Shown here one piece after another: positions 31,494-43,400 of a DNA stretch of 64,000 bases. The notes under the pieces were generated by a model, which had not been told where the DNA came from, did no database searches, and was given only the letters and a program-made list of their open reading frames with translations. The stretch covers positions 1 to 64,000 of the forward strand of contig CAVTWJ010000011.1 in the NCBI GenBank assembly GCA_963738405.1, read 5' to 3'. The translations under genes and the position numbers were made by a program. The stretch is from a candidate division FCPU426 bacterium. Its GTDB lineage: Bacteria; Oederibacteriota; Muellerivitia; Muellerivitales; Muellerivitaceae. Positions within the stretch are counted from its first letter, which is position 1. Every line of letters starts with the position of its first letter.

Positions 31494-32087
31494 ATGAAAC
31501 GTCGGGGATTTATGATCGTACTTTCCGCCCCCTCCGGAGGGGGGAAGACGACTTTGGCGGAATTCCTTTTAAAAAAAGAAAAAAACCTTATTCGGTCCGT
31601 GTCCTGTACCACGCGAAAACCCCGTATCGGCGAAAAAAATGGTAAAGATTATTTTTTCATTTCCTCCCCCCAATTTCGGGACAAAGTCCAAAAGAAGGGA
31701 TTTTTGGAATGGGCAAAGGTTCACGAACACTATTATGGAACCCCCAAGGGGTGGGTGAATGCCCAGCTTAAAAAAGGCAAGGATGTCCTGTTTGTGATTG
31801 ATGTGCAGGGAGGGAAGGCGCTAAAACGGCAGGATCCTCGGGCGGTATTGATATTCGTAAATCCGCCCAGTTTGAAGGTTTTGAAGCAAAGATTAATGAA
31901 ACGGCGTGATACGGGCCCGAAGGATTTGGCGATCCGATTGAAAAACGCTTCGGGGGAAATAAAGCAGGGGCGCAAATACGATTACCAAGTTGTGAATGAT
32001 CGAATTCCTAGGGCGGTTGCCGAAATAAGGGGTGTTTTGAAGGCAATTCGCGAAAAGGCCGCCCTCAAAAACCTTAATAAAGGGTAG
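31494..32087 (+). CDS. gmk: Guanylate kinase
   Basis: SAPSGGGKTT, SCTTRKPR..E..G.DYFF, YYGTP. Confidence 0.95.
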   Translation: MKRRGFMIVLSAPSGGGKTTLAEFLLKKEKNLIRSVSCTTRKPRIGEKNGKDYFFISSPQFRDKVQKKGFLEWAKVHEHYYGTPKGWVNAQLKKGKDVLFVIDVQGGKALKRQDPRAVLIFVNPPSLKVLKQRLMKRRDTGPKDLAIRLKNASGEIKQGRKYDYQVVNDRIPRAVAEIRGVLKAIREKAALKNLNKG

Positions 32088-32191
32088 AGGTCAAACTCCA
32101 TTTAGAGCCGTTTTTCAACATTTTTTCATTATTTTAAGTATAATTTCCATCCTTTGGCGGCAAGAAGCCGCTTAAATTTGCTGGAGGTAGC

Positions 32192-32428
32192 ATGGCAAGC
32201 ACGACTGATGAAAAACTGAATAAGAGTTTTGAAAACCCCGAGAACAAATATCTCTCGGTTTTGGCCGCCTCAAAGAGGGCCCGCCAACTGTTGGATAAGG
32301 CCGAAAAGCATAATTTGACCGTGGATACCGAAAAGGTCATTTTGCAGGCCTTGAGTGAGTTCAAATCGGGAAAAGTACAATTCACCCTTAACGAAACTCC
32401 CGTCAAAAAGAAAAAAGAAAAAGAGTAA
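32192..32428 (+). CDS. rpoZ: RNA polymerase omega subunit
   Basis: NKYLSVLAASKRARQL; position between gmk and coaBC; GGAGG RBS. Confidence 0.85.
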   Translation: MASTTDEKLNKSFENPENKYLSVLAASKRARQLLDKAEKHNLTVDTEKVILQALSEFKSGKVQFTLNETPVKKKKEKE

Positions 32429-32479
32429 AGGCTGCTGTCGGCCTCGGTGTTGCGTAACCGGCTGACGGTTGATACCGGG

Positions 32480-33739
32480 ATGACCCAAGCCATCCGAAAA
32501 CCTAGGGTTCTCCTCGGCGTAACTGGCAGTGTGGCCGCCTACAAAGCGGTTGAACTGATTAAGGCGCTGAAACCCCATGCCGAAGTGCGGGTCGTGGCCA
32601 CCAAATCCGCAAGTCAACTGGTTCCTCTTTCGGCGTTGAAGAAGACTTCCGGATTTCCCGTTTGGAGCAGTTTGTTTTCGGGATCAACCCCCATTCCTCC
32701 CGGAACGCCCAGCGGCACCCACCCTTCCGCCACTGTTCCCCATATCGAATACGCCAAGCAGGCCGATTTGATTCTCATCGCGCCTGTCACGGCCAACTTC
32801 ATGGCCAAGCTGGCTTTAGGCATCGCCGACGATCTTCTCTCTTCCCTCTGCCTATACGCCGAATGCCCCCTATGGCTTGCCCCGGCCATGAACGTGAATA
32901 TGTGGAACCACCCCGCGACCCGTCAAAACACCGGTGTTCTTCGCAAAAGAGGCGTTCGATTTCTCGGCCCGGATAAGGGCTACTTGGCCTGCGGGGATGT
33001 GGGGGAGGGAAGATTCGCGGAACCTTTGGAGATCGCCCTTCAGGTGCAAAAACATTTTGAGAAAAATGGAACTTGGCGGGGTTTGAGAGTTTTGGTGACC
33101 GCAGGTCCCACTCATGAAGCGCTGGACCCGGTAAGGGTATTAACCAATCACTCCAGCGGCAAGATGGGCTACGCGTTGGCCCAGGCGGCCTTGAACCGCG
33201 GCGCCCAAGTGACGCTGGTGCATGGTCCTGTTTCCCTCGCGCCTTTGACGAGGTCCAAAATGGTATCGGTTACCACCGCGCTTCAAATGAGGTCCGAAGT
33301 TTTAAAAGCCCTTCCCAATACCGATCTGGTCATTATGGCGGCGGCGGTCGCGGATTATCGCCCGGCCCAACAGGCATCGAGTAAGATCAAAAAAATAAAA
33401 TCGAATTTCCATATACAACTCACAAAAAACCCAGACATTTTAAGCGAAGTACTCAAGCGCCGAAAACCTAAGCAGGTCATCATGGGATTCGCCGCCGAAA
33501 CGGACCATCTACTCGCTCGGGCCGGCGAAAAGTGGAGTCGAAAGCCCTGCGACATTCTCGCGGCCAACCAAGTTGGGAAGGGCAAAGCTTTCGGAACAGA
33601 CCAAAATGAACTCAGGGTGTTTTCGAGGTTAAGCCAAAAGCCCCTAAAAATGGGGCCCGCGACGAAAGCTAAACTTGCGGAAGATCTTTTGGATTTGGCG
33701 GTGAAATTATTAAAACCCGGGCCTAAGGGTCATTCGTGA
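32480..33739 (+). CDS. coaBC: Bifunctional PPC decarboxylase/synthetase
   Basis: GVTGSVAAYK, APAMN..MW, LACGDVGEGR, TAGPT.E.LDPVR, AAVADY, GFAAET. Confidence 0.95.
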   Translation: MTQAIRKPRVLLGVTGSVAAYKAVELIKALKPHAEVRVVATKSASQLVPLSALKKTSGFPVWSSLFSGSTPIPPGTPSGTHPSATVPHIEYAKQADLILIAPVTANFMAKLALGIADDLLSSLCLYAECPLWLAPAMNVNMWNHPATRQNTGVLRKRGVRFLGPDKGYLACGDVGEGRFAEPLEIALQVQKHFEKNGTWRGLRVLVTAGPTHEALDPVRVLTNHSSGKMGYALAQAALNRGAQVTLVHGPVSLAPLTRSKMVSVTTALQMRSEVLKALPNTDLVIMAAAVADYRPAQQASSKIKKIKSNFHIQLTKNPDILSEVLKRRKPKQVIMGFAAETDHLLARAGEKWSRKPCDILAANQVGKGKAFGTDQNELRVFSRLSQKPLKMGPATKAKLAEDLLDLAVKLLKPGPKGHS

Positions 33740-35442
33740 AAATTCACATTTTTTGCTTATTGGCACTGACGGCAGGGACTGTTTTAGCGCAAGAATTGCC
33801 CAATCTGAATGGAAAACCTCTTTTTGTTCCGGGTGAAATTCTGGTTCGGCTCAAGAACGGAATTGTTGAGGCGGACAAGTCCCGTGTTTTAGGCGCGAAA
33901 GCACTGACTTCGACTACCTTTGAACCGGCAACTGGGGTTTACCGTATGGAGTTGGGGTCGGGGGAAGATGTTCGAGCCAGGGTTGATCTGCTGAAGAATG
34001 ATCCCGCAGTGGATTTAGCCCAGCCCAACTATTACTACTATGCGTCGGCATGTGATCCTACCACTGTAATGGATACCTACTATGCCGCTCCATACTATTG
34101 GCCACTCCAGAAAATATCAGCTCCCCAAGCATGGAACCTGTTCTCGAATTGTTCACTTTCGCCGACCGGCAGTGCTGTCACAATAGCGATTTTAGACACG
34201 GGTTTTTATGGTTCTCACCCTGATTTTTCTACTTTGGCTCCTGGGCCTGTTACCAATTGTATTTCCGATCAAGCGTCGAATGATGTTAGCGATAAATTTG
34301 GTCATGGTACCTACGTTGCGGGAATTATCGCGGCCCAATGGGGCATTTCATCGGGATACTCTTGTCCGTCCTCGGGTTTTACCACAGGCATGAAAGGGTT
34401 GTCTCCCAATGTTGTTTTGATGCCGATACGTGTTCTCGACGCCTGCGGAAGAGGAACCTCGGCTCAAATCGCGGCCGGCACCCTCTTTGCGGTCAATCAT
34501 GGCGCGCGCGTGCTCAATTTTTCACTCGGCGGGGCTGGGACCGACAGCTTGGAACAGGGTGCCATCCAACAGGCCTTATCGTCCGGCTGTGTGGTGGTAG
34601 CGGCAGCGGGAAACGAATCGAATCTCCCCCAATCGGTCGCTCCTATAAATTATCCGGCGGCCTATCCAGGCGTCATCTCGGTCGGAGCCACGGACGCCAA
34701 TGACAAGGTGGCCTTTTATTCGAACGGCGGTACGGGGTTAGACCTGGTGGCTCCAGGAGGATCCGCGGTGACGGGGTCTTCTGTCTCTATTCTTGCGGCA
34801 TCGGACATTTTCAGTACCCTACTTTGCCCTCTGCCGGCTCCATGCCCGGGGGTAAAATCATCCGATTTTATTGAGGATCCCTCGACTCCTTTTGGCGTGG
34901 CTTCTGGAACCTCCGCGGCTGCTCCCTATGTCACGGCGACGGCGGCGCTGATCTTTTCAATGTATCCCAATATGACCAATACGCAGGTGGCGGATGCCAT
35001 CATCAACAATACCGATAGTCTCAATAACAACACCGGCTGGGACGCTCAATCGGGCTATGGCCGGTTGAATGTTTTTAAAGCTCTCCTCAATGCTCAAAGT
35101 TCCATGGGGCAAATCACTACCTACCTCAAGACCTTTAACAGCCCTAACCCCTTTTATCCAGACGCGACCCCCCCCACCAATATCACCCTCGTCATGTCAT
35201 CTCCCCGACCCGTGGACCTCACTATCCGTGATTCGGGAGGAGAATTGGTTTTCCATAAAAGTTTCCCAGTGAGCGGCTTGAACAATAATCCCGCTAACCC
35301 CCAATTCAAATCCTATTACGTTTCCTGGGATGGAAGAAACGCTTCCGGCCAATTGGTGAATACCGGAGTTTATTTTTATTCCGTTACCTCCGGGGGCGTG
35401 ACAGGAAGAAACAAGATTGCCGTTGTTCGAGGCAACCCATGA
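33736..35442 (+). CDS. Secreted S8 (subtilisin-like) serine peptidase with FlgD-Ig/T9SS-like CTD
   Basis: Signal peptide; prodomain VPGEILVRLK; catalytic ILDTG, GHGT, SGTSAAAP; CTD NSPNPF..WDGRN..TGVYFY..KIAVVR. Confidence 0.92.
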   Translation: MKIHIFCLLALTAGTVLAQELPNLNGKPLFVPGEILVRLKNGIVEADKSRVLGAKALTSTTFEPATGVYRMELGSGEDVRARVDLLKNDPAVDLAQPNYYYYASACDPTTVMDTYYAAPYYWPLQKISAPQAWNLFSNCSLSPTGSAVTIAILDTGFYGSHPDFSTLAPGPVTNCISDQASNDVSDKFGHGTYVAGIIAAQWGISSGYSCPSSGFTTGMKGLSPNVVLMPIRVLDACGRGTSAQIAAGTLFAVNHGARVLNFSLGGAGTDSLEQGAIQQALSSGCVVVAAAGNESNLPQSVAPINYPAAYPGVISVGATDANDKVAFYSNGGTGLDLVAPGGSAVTGSSVSILAASDIFSTLLCPLPAPCPGVKSSDFIEDPSTPFGVASGTSAAAPYVTATAALIFSMYPNMTNTQVADAIINNTDSLNNNTGWDAQSGYGRLNVFKALLNAQSSMGQITTYLKTFNSPNPFYPDATPPTNITLVMSSPRPVDLTIRDSGGELVFHKSFPVSGLNNNPANPQFKSYYVSWDGRNASGQLVNTGVYFYSVTSGGVTGRNKIAVVRGNP

Positions 35443-36431
35443 AGGATTTTGTTTCAATGGGGCTGGCGTTTTTTTTCCTGATATTTGGATTTTTACCTAC
35501 GGCACTTTTGGCTTCGGGCGGTCAAAGGCCCGATGCTTACCTGGAATATGGAGTGGGAGGGGTCCCTGAAGCCATGGCAGGGGCCGCGGCCGCCTCCAGG
35601 GACGATCCTTCCTGCGGGTTTTGGAACCCCGCGGGTTTAACCGGAATTAAAAATATCGAGGTCGAGGCGCAGAATTCTTTTCTTTCGCTCAATCAGACGT
35701 TGGATTATTTCTCCATCGGCGCGAACCTTCAGGACAAGATTTACTGCGGGTTAACGCTCCTGGCTTACAGCGCGGGAAACGATTTGGAAGCGCGGAGCGG
35801 TCCCTCCTTGAATCCGGATAGTGCTTTCGGGGATTCGGAAATTGCGGGCCTGGTTTCTGGTGCCTTTCGCTTGAGTCCCAGATGGTCGGCGGGGTTCAAC
35901 CTAAAACTTCTTCTCAATAGCTTGGGCTCTATTCAAAACGCTGGAGGAACCGGTTTTGGGTTTGATCTGGGACTGCAATATCGAGTCGATAACGACACAA
36001 CCCTTGGTCTTGCCGCCCAGGACCCCTACACGGTTTTCACTTATCAAAATTCAATTACGACTGTCATTCCCATGACCTTGCGTTGCGGGGTGAATCGTTG
36101 GGTCGAGAGCCTTCAAGGGACGGGCGCCTTTGATTTGGAATGGAGTCAGGACCTTGGGTTTAGGCCCCGACTTGGCTTGGAATGGTTTCCGTTTGAAATT
36201 TTGGCTCTTCGGGGAGGGGCTTGGCTCGGCGATTTGACCTCGACTGGAACCGGGGCCCAGCCCAATCTCAACTTGACTTGTGGTGTTGGCTTTATTATTC
36301 CTCTTCATTCTTCAATGTTGGTTAGAAATTCCGAATCCGACCAGATTCTCATTGATTATTCGCTTTTGCCTGACCCTCAAGTGACCGGAGCGGTTCTTCA
36401 GCAGATAGCGGTTTCAGGAAAGTTTAATTAG
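35439..36431 (+). CDS. PorV/PorQ-like (FadL-fold) outer-membrane beta-barrel
   Basis: N-terminal YLEYGVG..AMAGA..DD.S..FWNPAGL signature; amphipathic strands; terminal GKFN. Confidence 0.78.
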   Translation: MKDFVSMGLAFFFLIFGFLPTALLASGGQRPDAYLEYGVGGVPEAMAGAAAASRDDPSCGFWNPAGLTGIKNIEVEAQNSFLSLNQTLDYFSIGANLQDKIYCGLTLLAYSAGNDLEARSGPSLNPDSAFGDSEIAGLVSGAFRLSPRWSAGFNLKLLLNSLGSIQNAGGTGFGFDLGLQYRVDNDTTLGLAAQDPYTVFTYQNSITTVIPMTLRCGVNRWVESLQGTGAFDLEWSQDLGFRPRLGLEWFPFEILALRGGAWLGDLTSTGTGAQPNLNLTCGVGFIIPLHSSMLVRNSESDQILIDYSLLPDPQVTGAVLQQIAVSGKFN

Positions 36432-36491
36432 GTCATTGAGGACAACTAAACCTTTGTTTAACTAAAAGAACAACCCGAACTTTAATTAAAG

Positions 36492-37328
36492 ATGGAAAGT
36501 GAAAGTATGAGTACGCAGAACTCTCTAAAATCTTATCTTGAACTTTGCAGACGGTTGGGCATTCGCTATCTTTCGGCGTCTTCACAGACGTTACTGGAAA
36601 AACCCCTTTCGCCCGAAGCTAATGCTGACTTAACCCAACAAGAACAAAGGGTGAGTGCGCCCGTTTCTAAATCCCAATTGGTGGTTGAAGAAAGGGTCTC
36701 TTCCTCCCCAACACCAATTCCGGCCCCCGGTGGTTGGCTGACGCTGGACCCTGATTCGCTTGAAGCCATGGAACTCAAAGCCTTCGAGGCTGATATCCAT
36801 GACTGCCAGAATTGCCCCCTGGGGGCTACAAGAAAGCGTTTTGTTTTTGGGAGCGGAAATCCGAAGGCGGAAATCATGTTCGTGGGGGAAGCTCCAGGGG
36901 CGGATGAAGACGCCCAGGGGCTGCCTTTTGTCGGGCGGGCGGGCCAGTTGCTCACAAAGATTATCGAATCCACTAAAACCTGGAAAAGACAGGATGTTTT
37001 CATTTGTAATGTTTTGAAGTGCCGTCCGCCAGGTAACCGCACCCCCTTGCCCGAGGAAGTGGAGCAATGCCGACCCTATTTGGAGGAACAAGTACGAATC
37101 ATTAAACCAAAACTAATCATGGCGTTGGGGGCAAGTGCTGCCCAAGCCCTTTTGTCTACCAAGGAACCGGTGGGGAAGCTTCGAAACCGGTGGCATGATT
37201 TTTCGGGGATTCCCTTGAGGGTAACCTATCATCCCGCGGCCCTTTTGAGATTTGAGGGTTATAAAAAGGATGTTTGGGGGGATATGAAGGAAATTACCGC
37301 CAAATACATGGAATTAATTGGAAAATAA
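36492..37328 (+). CDS. udg: Uracil-DNA glycosylase family 4 (Fe-S)
   Basis: Cxx[29 protein letters not shown]. Confidence 0.92.
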   Translation: MESESMSTQNSLKSYLELCRRLGIRYLSASSQTLLEKPLSPEANADLTQQEQRVSAPVSKSQLVVEERVSSSPTPIPAPGGWLTLDPDSLEAMELKAFEADIHDCQNCPLGATRKRFVFGSGNPKAEIMFVGEAPGADEDAQGLPFVGRAGQLLTKIIESTKTWKRQDVFICNVLKCRPPGNRTPLPEEVEQCRPYLEEQVRIIKPKLIMALGASAAQALLSTKEPVGKLRNRWHDFSGIPLRVTYHPAALLRFEGYKKDVWGDMKEITAKYMELIGK

Positions 37329-37400
37329 GCACTTTGGGGAATTTCGTTTTTCCGTTAAAACTGTATAATCCCTGAAAATTCTGCCCAATTTCAGTTTTGA

Positions 37401-40400
37401 ATGGCTTTCATGACGCGGCTTAAGTTACCTATCCCAGTCCTTTTGACTACTTTTTTATTGGGGTTTGCCCAGTTTTCCCTCCACGCCCAGTGCCTTGTCT
37501 CGGATACTTTTAATAACGAAATCTCACCTTCTTGGTCCGTGTCGGAAATAGGAGCCGCCACAGGTGGCGCCACGGTCCTGGGTTCGGCATTGACGTTAAC
37601 AAGCACCGATCCTGGAATGCCGGGAGGCGTTGGAACGGTGTCGGACTCTTTTTATTATCTTTATCAATCTTCAACCGGTGATCCGGAAGTAACACTTCAA
37701 ATTGACACCATGCCGTCCACAAGTGGAGCGCTATTGGGTTTGATGTTTCGAAATAGTCCGGATGCCGGGGATGTTTTTGCCTTTGTGGGCGCCTCAACAA
37801 CCTCAGCGGGCTCCGGCAAATTTTTTATGATGTCACGAATAGTCCCAGACGGTGATACAAGCTTTAATACCATTGGTGGCAATTGGACGAATGGATCTCC
37901 CGTTTATGTCCGGATGGTCAAGGCGGGCTCCTCATTTAACGCTTACTATTCCATTGATGGCAGTGCGTGGAGCAATCTAACGACCGTCAGCCCGAACTTC
38001 AATTCATCGCCTTTCGAGGTTGGAGTGGCGCTGGCCTCAGCCAATACCATCACCGGCGATACCGGTTCGGTAAGCAACTTCAATGTTTTATCTGGGTTTT
38101 GTACCCCGACGCCTACTTTGACGTTGACACCCTCACCATCTCCCACGGCTACTCCTTCTCCCACGAATTCCATAACCGATACCTTTACTTTAACCCAAAC
38201 CCCGACTTTCACCTTGACGCAGACACCAACCGACACTACGACATTCACAACAACGCCGACGCCGTATGTTTTAAGCGTGGCGACAGTAACCGGAACTCCG
38301 GCCGATTCGACGCAGATACCCGGGACTCAAAACGTGGGGATCATGCAGTTCAGCGTGAACAACCCGGGAACTGCCGGGACGACGATATTTGGGTTTGTCT
38401 TGCAGTCGGTGGGGGACGGCGCCCAGATTTCGGAGGTCAATCTTCTGCAAGGAGGGGTTGGAGGGTCGCCTTTGGTGAGTAAGGCTTACGGCGGGTCGGG
38501 CTTGGTGACCTTGGGCGGAGGGCCATTGACGGTGTTGGGTAATGGGACGGTGACTTATGGTGTGAGCTATAACTTCCAGCCGAACGCTTCAACGGGCAGC
38601 TACAGTGTTTCATTGACAGGTTTAAGGGGTTTGGATGATACAGGACAAGTACTGCAAGTGAATGGGGCGCCCCTTGGAGGCGCCATGATTAATATTGTTC
38701 TGCCAACCTCGACTCCAACGGCCACTCCGACCGCTACCTTAACCACCACCCCCACCTACACCCTTACCGATACATCTACTTTTACCAAGACTGAAACCCA
38801 AACCTTTACGGAAACTCCAACCCCAACGGATACATTGACTTGGACCCAGACCCAAACACCTATTGACACACCGACCTTTACGCAAACGGCCACACCAACC
38901 TTTACACAGACTGCAACCCCCACGGATACGCAGACCGCTACGCCGACTTTTACGCAAACCGCCACACCAACGGAAACACAGACGGCCACTCCGACAGATA
39001 CACCGACTGCGACAGCAACCTTTACGCAGACGGCGACCCCGACCTTTACCCAGACTGAAACCCCGACCTTTACGCAGACCGCCACGCCTACCTTCACGCA
39101 AACGGCCACCACGACCTCGACGGCGACGGTGACGCCGACGGTGGCACTGGCGCTTTCGTGGAACAATCAACCGGTCAGTCAGACCTATCTTTTCAATCAG
39201 ACCAACGTTTCAAGCCTGCAGTTGGTGCTTACCTCCACGGCGCAGGAGAACGTGGTAGTGAAGCAGTTGGCGTTTACGGGCGGGGGGAGCCTGAACTGGA
39301 GCACGGACGTGGTGGCGGGGAGCGTGAGGCTGTACCAGGACGCCTCGGGGAATGGGCTTTATTCCGCGGGGACGGACACACTTCTCATGGGAGGACAGAG
39401 TTTCAACGCATCGGGGTCGGTGACCTTCCAGAACGTTAACGGGGTAACGGCGCCCTTGGCGTCGGGAGCGCCCCAGACTTTCCTGCTGGTATTTGACCTG
39501 AATATGTCGGGATTGGCGACCAAGAACTTCTCGAACCTTTTGGCGAATTCCGGGATCACGGCCAATGGGCAGACAACGGGCCAGGCGGCCATCCTGTCGG
39601 GAGGGCCGGTCGGAGGGATTCTGCACACGGTATCGGCCGCGACGGCGACGCCGACGGTGACAACCACCTCGACGCCGACTGCAACAGCAACCTTTACGCA
39701 GACGGCAACTCCTACGGATACCCAGACGGCCACGCCCACTCATACACAGACAGAGACGCCTACGTTCAGCCAAACGGCCACTCCTACGACGACACCGACC
39801 TTTACGCAAACCGCTACCTCTACGGATACACCAACGGCGACACAGACCTTTACCCAGACGGCGACCCCAACGGATACATTGACTTGGACCCAGACCCAAA
39901 CACCTACTGACACACCGACCTTTACGCAAACGGCCACACCAACCTTTACACAGACTGCAACCCCCACGGATACGCAGACCGCTACGCCGACTTTTACGCA
40001 AACCGCCACACCAACGGAAACACAGACGGCCACTCCGACAGATACACCGACTGCGACAGCAACCTTTACGCAGACGGCGACCCCGACCTTTACCCAGACT
40101 GAAACCCCGACCTTTACGCAGACCGCCACGCCTACCTTCACGCAAACGGCCACCACGACCTCGACGGCGACGGTGACGCCGACGGTGGCACTGGCGCTTT
40201 CGTGGAACAATCAACCGGTCAGTCAGACCTATCTTTTCAATCAGACCAACGTTTCAAGCCTGCAGTTGGTGCTTACCTCCACGGCGCAGGAGAACGTGGT
40301 AGTGAAGCAGTTGGCGTTTACGGGCGGGGGGAGCCTGAACTGGAGCACGGACGTGGTGGCGGGGAGCGTGAGGCTGTACCAGGACGCCTCGGGGAATGGG

Positions 40401-43400
40401 CTTTATTCCGCGGGGACGGACACACTTCTCATGGGAGGACAGAGTTTCAACGCATCGGGGTCGGTGACCTTCCAGAACGTTAACGGGGTAACGGCGCCCT
40501 TGGCGTCGGGAGCGCCCCAGACTTTCCTGCTGGTATTTGACCTGAATATGTCGGGATTGGCGACCAAGAACTTCTCGAACCTTTTGGCGAATTCCGGGAT
40601 CACGGCCAATGGGCAGACAACGGGCCAGGCGGCCATCCTGTCGGGAGGGCCGGTCGGAGGGATTCTGCACACGGTATCGGCCGCGACGGCGACGCCGACG
40701 GTGACAACCACCTCGACGCCGACTGCAACAGCAACCTTTACGCAGACGGCAACTCCTACGGATACCCAGACGGCCACGCCCACTCATACACAGACAGAGA
40801 CGCCTACGTTCAGCCAAACGGCCACTCCTACGACGACACCGACCTTTACGCAAACCGCTACCTCTACGGATACACCAACGGCGACACAGACCTTTACCCA
40901 GACGGCGACCCCAACGGATACATTGACTTGGACCCAGACCCAAACACCTACTGACACACCGACCTTTACGCAAACGGCCACACCAACCTTTACACAGACT
41001 GCAACCCCCACGGATACGCAGACCGCTACGCCGACTTTTACGCAAACCGCCACACCAACGGAAACACAGACGGCCACTCCGACAGATACACCGACTGCGA
41101 CAGCAACCTTTACGCAGACGGCGACCCCGACCTTTACCCAGACTGAAACCCCGACCTTTACGCAGACCGCCACGCCTACCTTCACGCAAACGGCCACCAC
41201 GACCTCGACGGCGACGGTGACGCCGACGGTGGCACTGGCGCTTTCGTGGAACAATCAACCGGTCAGTCAGACCTATCTTTTCAATCAGACCAACGTTTCA
41301 AGCCTGCAGTTGGTGCTTACCTCCACGGCGCAGGAGAACGTGGTAGTGAAGCAGTTGGCGTTTACGGGCGGGGGGAGCCTGAACTGGAGCACGGACGTGG
41401 TGGCGGGGAGCGTGAGGCTGTACCAGGACGCCTCGGGGAATGGGCTTTATTCCGCGGGGACGGACACACTTCTCATGGGAGGACAGAGTTTCAACGCATC
41501 GGGGTCGGTGACCTTCCAGAACGTTAACGGGGTAACGGCGCCCTTGGCGTCGGGAGCGCCCCAGACTTTCCTGCTGGTATTTGACCTGAATATGTCGGGA
41601 TTGGCGACCAAGAACTTCTCGAACCTTTTGGCGAATTCCGGGATCACGGCCAATGGGCAGACAACGGGCCAGGCGGCCATCCTGTCGGGAGGGCCGGTCG
41701 GAGGGATTCTGCACACGGTATCGGCCGCGACGGCGACGCCGACGGTGACAACCACCTCGACGCCGACTGCAACAGCAACCTTTACGCAGACGGCCACGCT
41801 GACCTTTACACAAACGGCGACACTGACCTTTACGCAAACCCAAACACCTACAGACACCCAGACCGCAACACAAACTTTCACGCAGACAGCTACGCCTACG
41901 TTCACCCAAACGGCCACCCCTACGGATACACCAACGGCGACAGCAACCTTTACGCAGACGGCGACTCCTACGGATACCCAGACGGCCACCCCCACCTTTA
42001 CCCAGACGGCCACGCCGACCTTTACGCAAACGGCCACCCCAACAGATACACCGACTGCGACAGCAACCTTTACGCAAACGGCTACACCGACCTTTACACA
42101 AACCGCCACCCAAACCTTTACGCAAACAGCCACGCCAACCTTTACACAGACTCAGACGCCGACCTTCACCCAGACCGCCACGCCGACCCAGACGCAAACG
42201 GCCACCACGACCTCGACGGCGACGGTGACGCCGACGGTGGCACTGGCACTTTCGTGGAACAATCAACCGGCCAGTCAGACCTATCTTTTCAACCAGAACA
42301 ACGTTTCAAGCGTGCAGTTCATCCTGGAGTCAACGGCACAGGAGAACGTGTTGGTTAAACAACTAGTGTTAACCGGAGGGGGAAGCCTGGGTTGGAGCAC
42401 GGACGTGGTGGCGGGGAGCGTGAGGCTGTACCAGGACGCCTCGGGGAATGGGCTTTATTCCGCGGGGACGGACACACTTCTCATGGGAGGACAGAGTTTC
42501 AACGCATCGGGGTCGGTGACCTTCCAGAACGTTAACGGGGTAACGGCGCCCCTGGTGTCGGGAGCTCCCCAGACATTCCTTATTATATTTGACCTGAATA
42601 TGACGGGGCTGACGACCAAGAACTTCTCGAACAGCCTAGCCGTAGGCGGAATCACGGCCAATGGGCAGACAACAGGCCAGGCGGCCATCCTGTCGGGAGG
42701 CCCGATCACAGGAAATCTGCATACGGTATCAGCCGCGACGGCAACGCCAACGGTAACGACTACATCCACACCCACATCAACACCGACCTTTACTCAGACC
42801 CAAACTCCCACCTTTACCCAGACGGCCACTCCGACCTTTACCCAAACTCAAACGCCTACAGACACCCCCACCTACACCCAAACTACTACCCCTACCTTTA
42901 CCCAAACCTACACTCCCACCTTCACCCAAACGGCAACACCGACTGATACCCAGACGGCAACCCAAACCTATACTCAAACCGCAACGCCCACCTTCACCCA
43001 AACGGCCACTCCCACCGTCACCCAGACCCATACGGCCACCTTCACCCAAACGGCAACACCGACTGATACCCAGACGGCAACTACGACTTCAACTCAAACG
43101 GCCACCCCTACAGCCACTCAGACCCACACTCCAACTTTCACGCAGACGGCCACGCCTACCGTTACAGCAACATTCACTCAAACCGCGACAACGACTTCTA
43201 CCGCCACGGTCACGCCAACTCCCACCGCAACCTTCCAGCCGCCAGTCTCGCTAGCCATTCTTCCTGTTACAAGTTCTCTAATAGCCGGACCCGCTGGAGC
43301 GCCCTTAACCGTTGAAGCCTTAAATACTTCTGGTTTTCCGGCTACCCTTCAAACAGCTTTGACCTTGAGCTTGACTTCAACTTCAACGGGACAGAACGCC

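Noticed and set aside
38821..41795. CRISPR array or IS copies
   Set aside because: Repeats are in-frame coding units with no spacers or terminal inverted repeats
38739..43049. Minus-strand Val/Gly- and Arg/Gly-rich ORFs (also 28963-30318)
   Set aside because: Reverse-frame shadows of the ACN-rich Thr repeats
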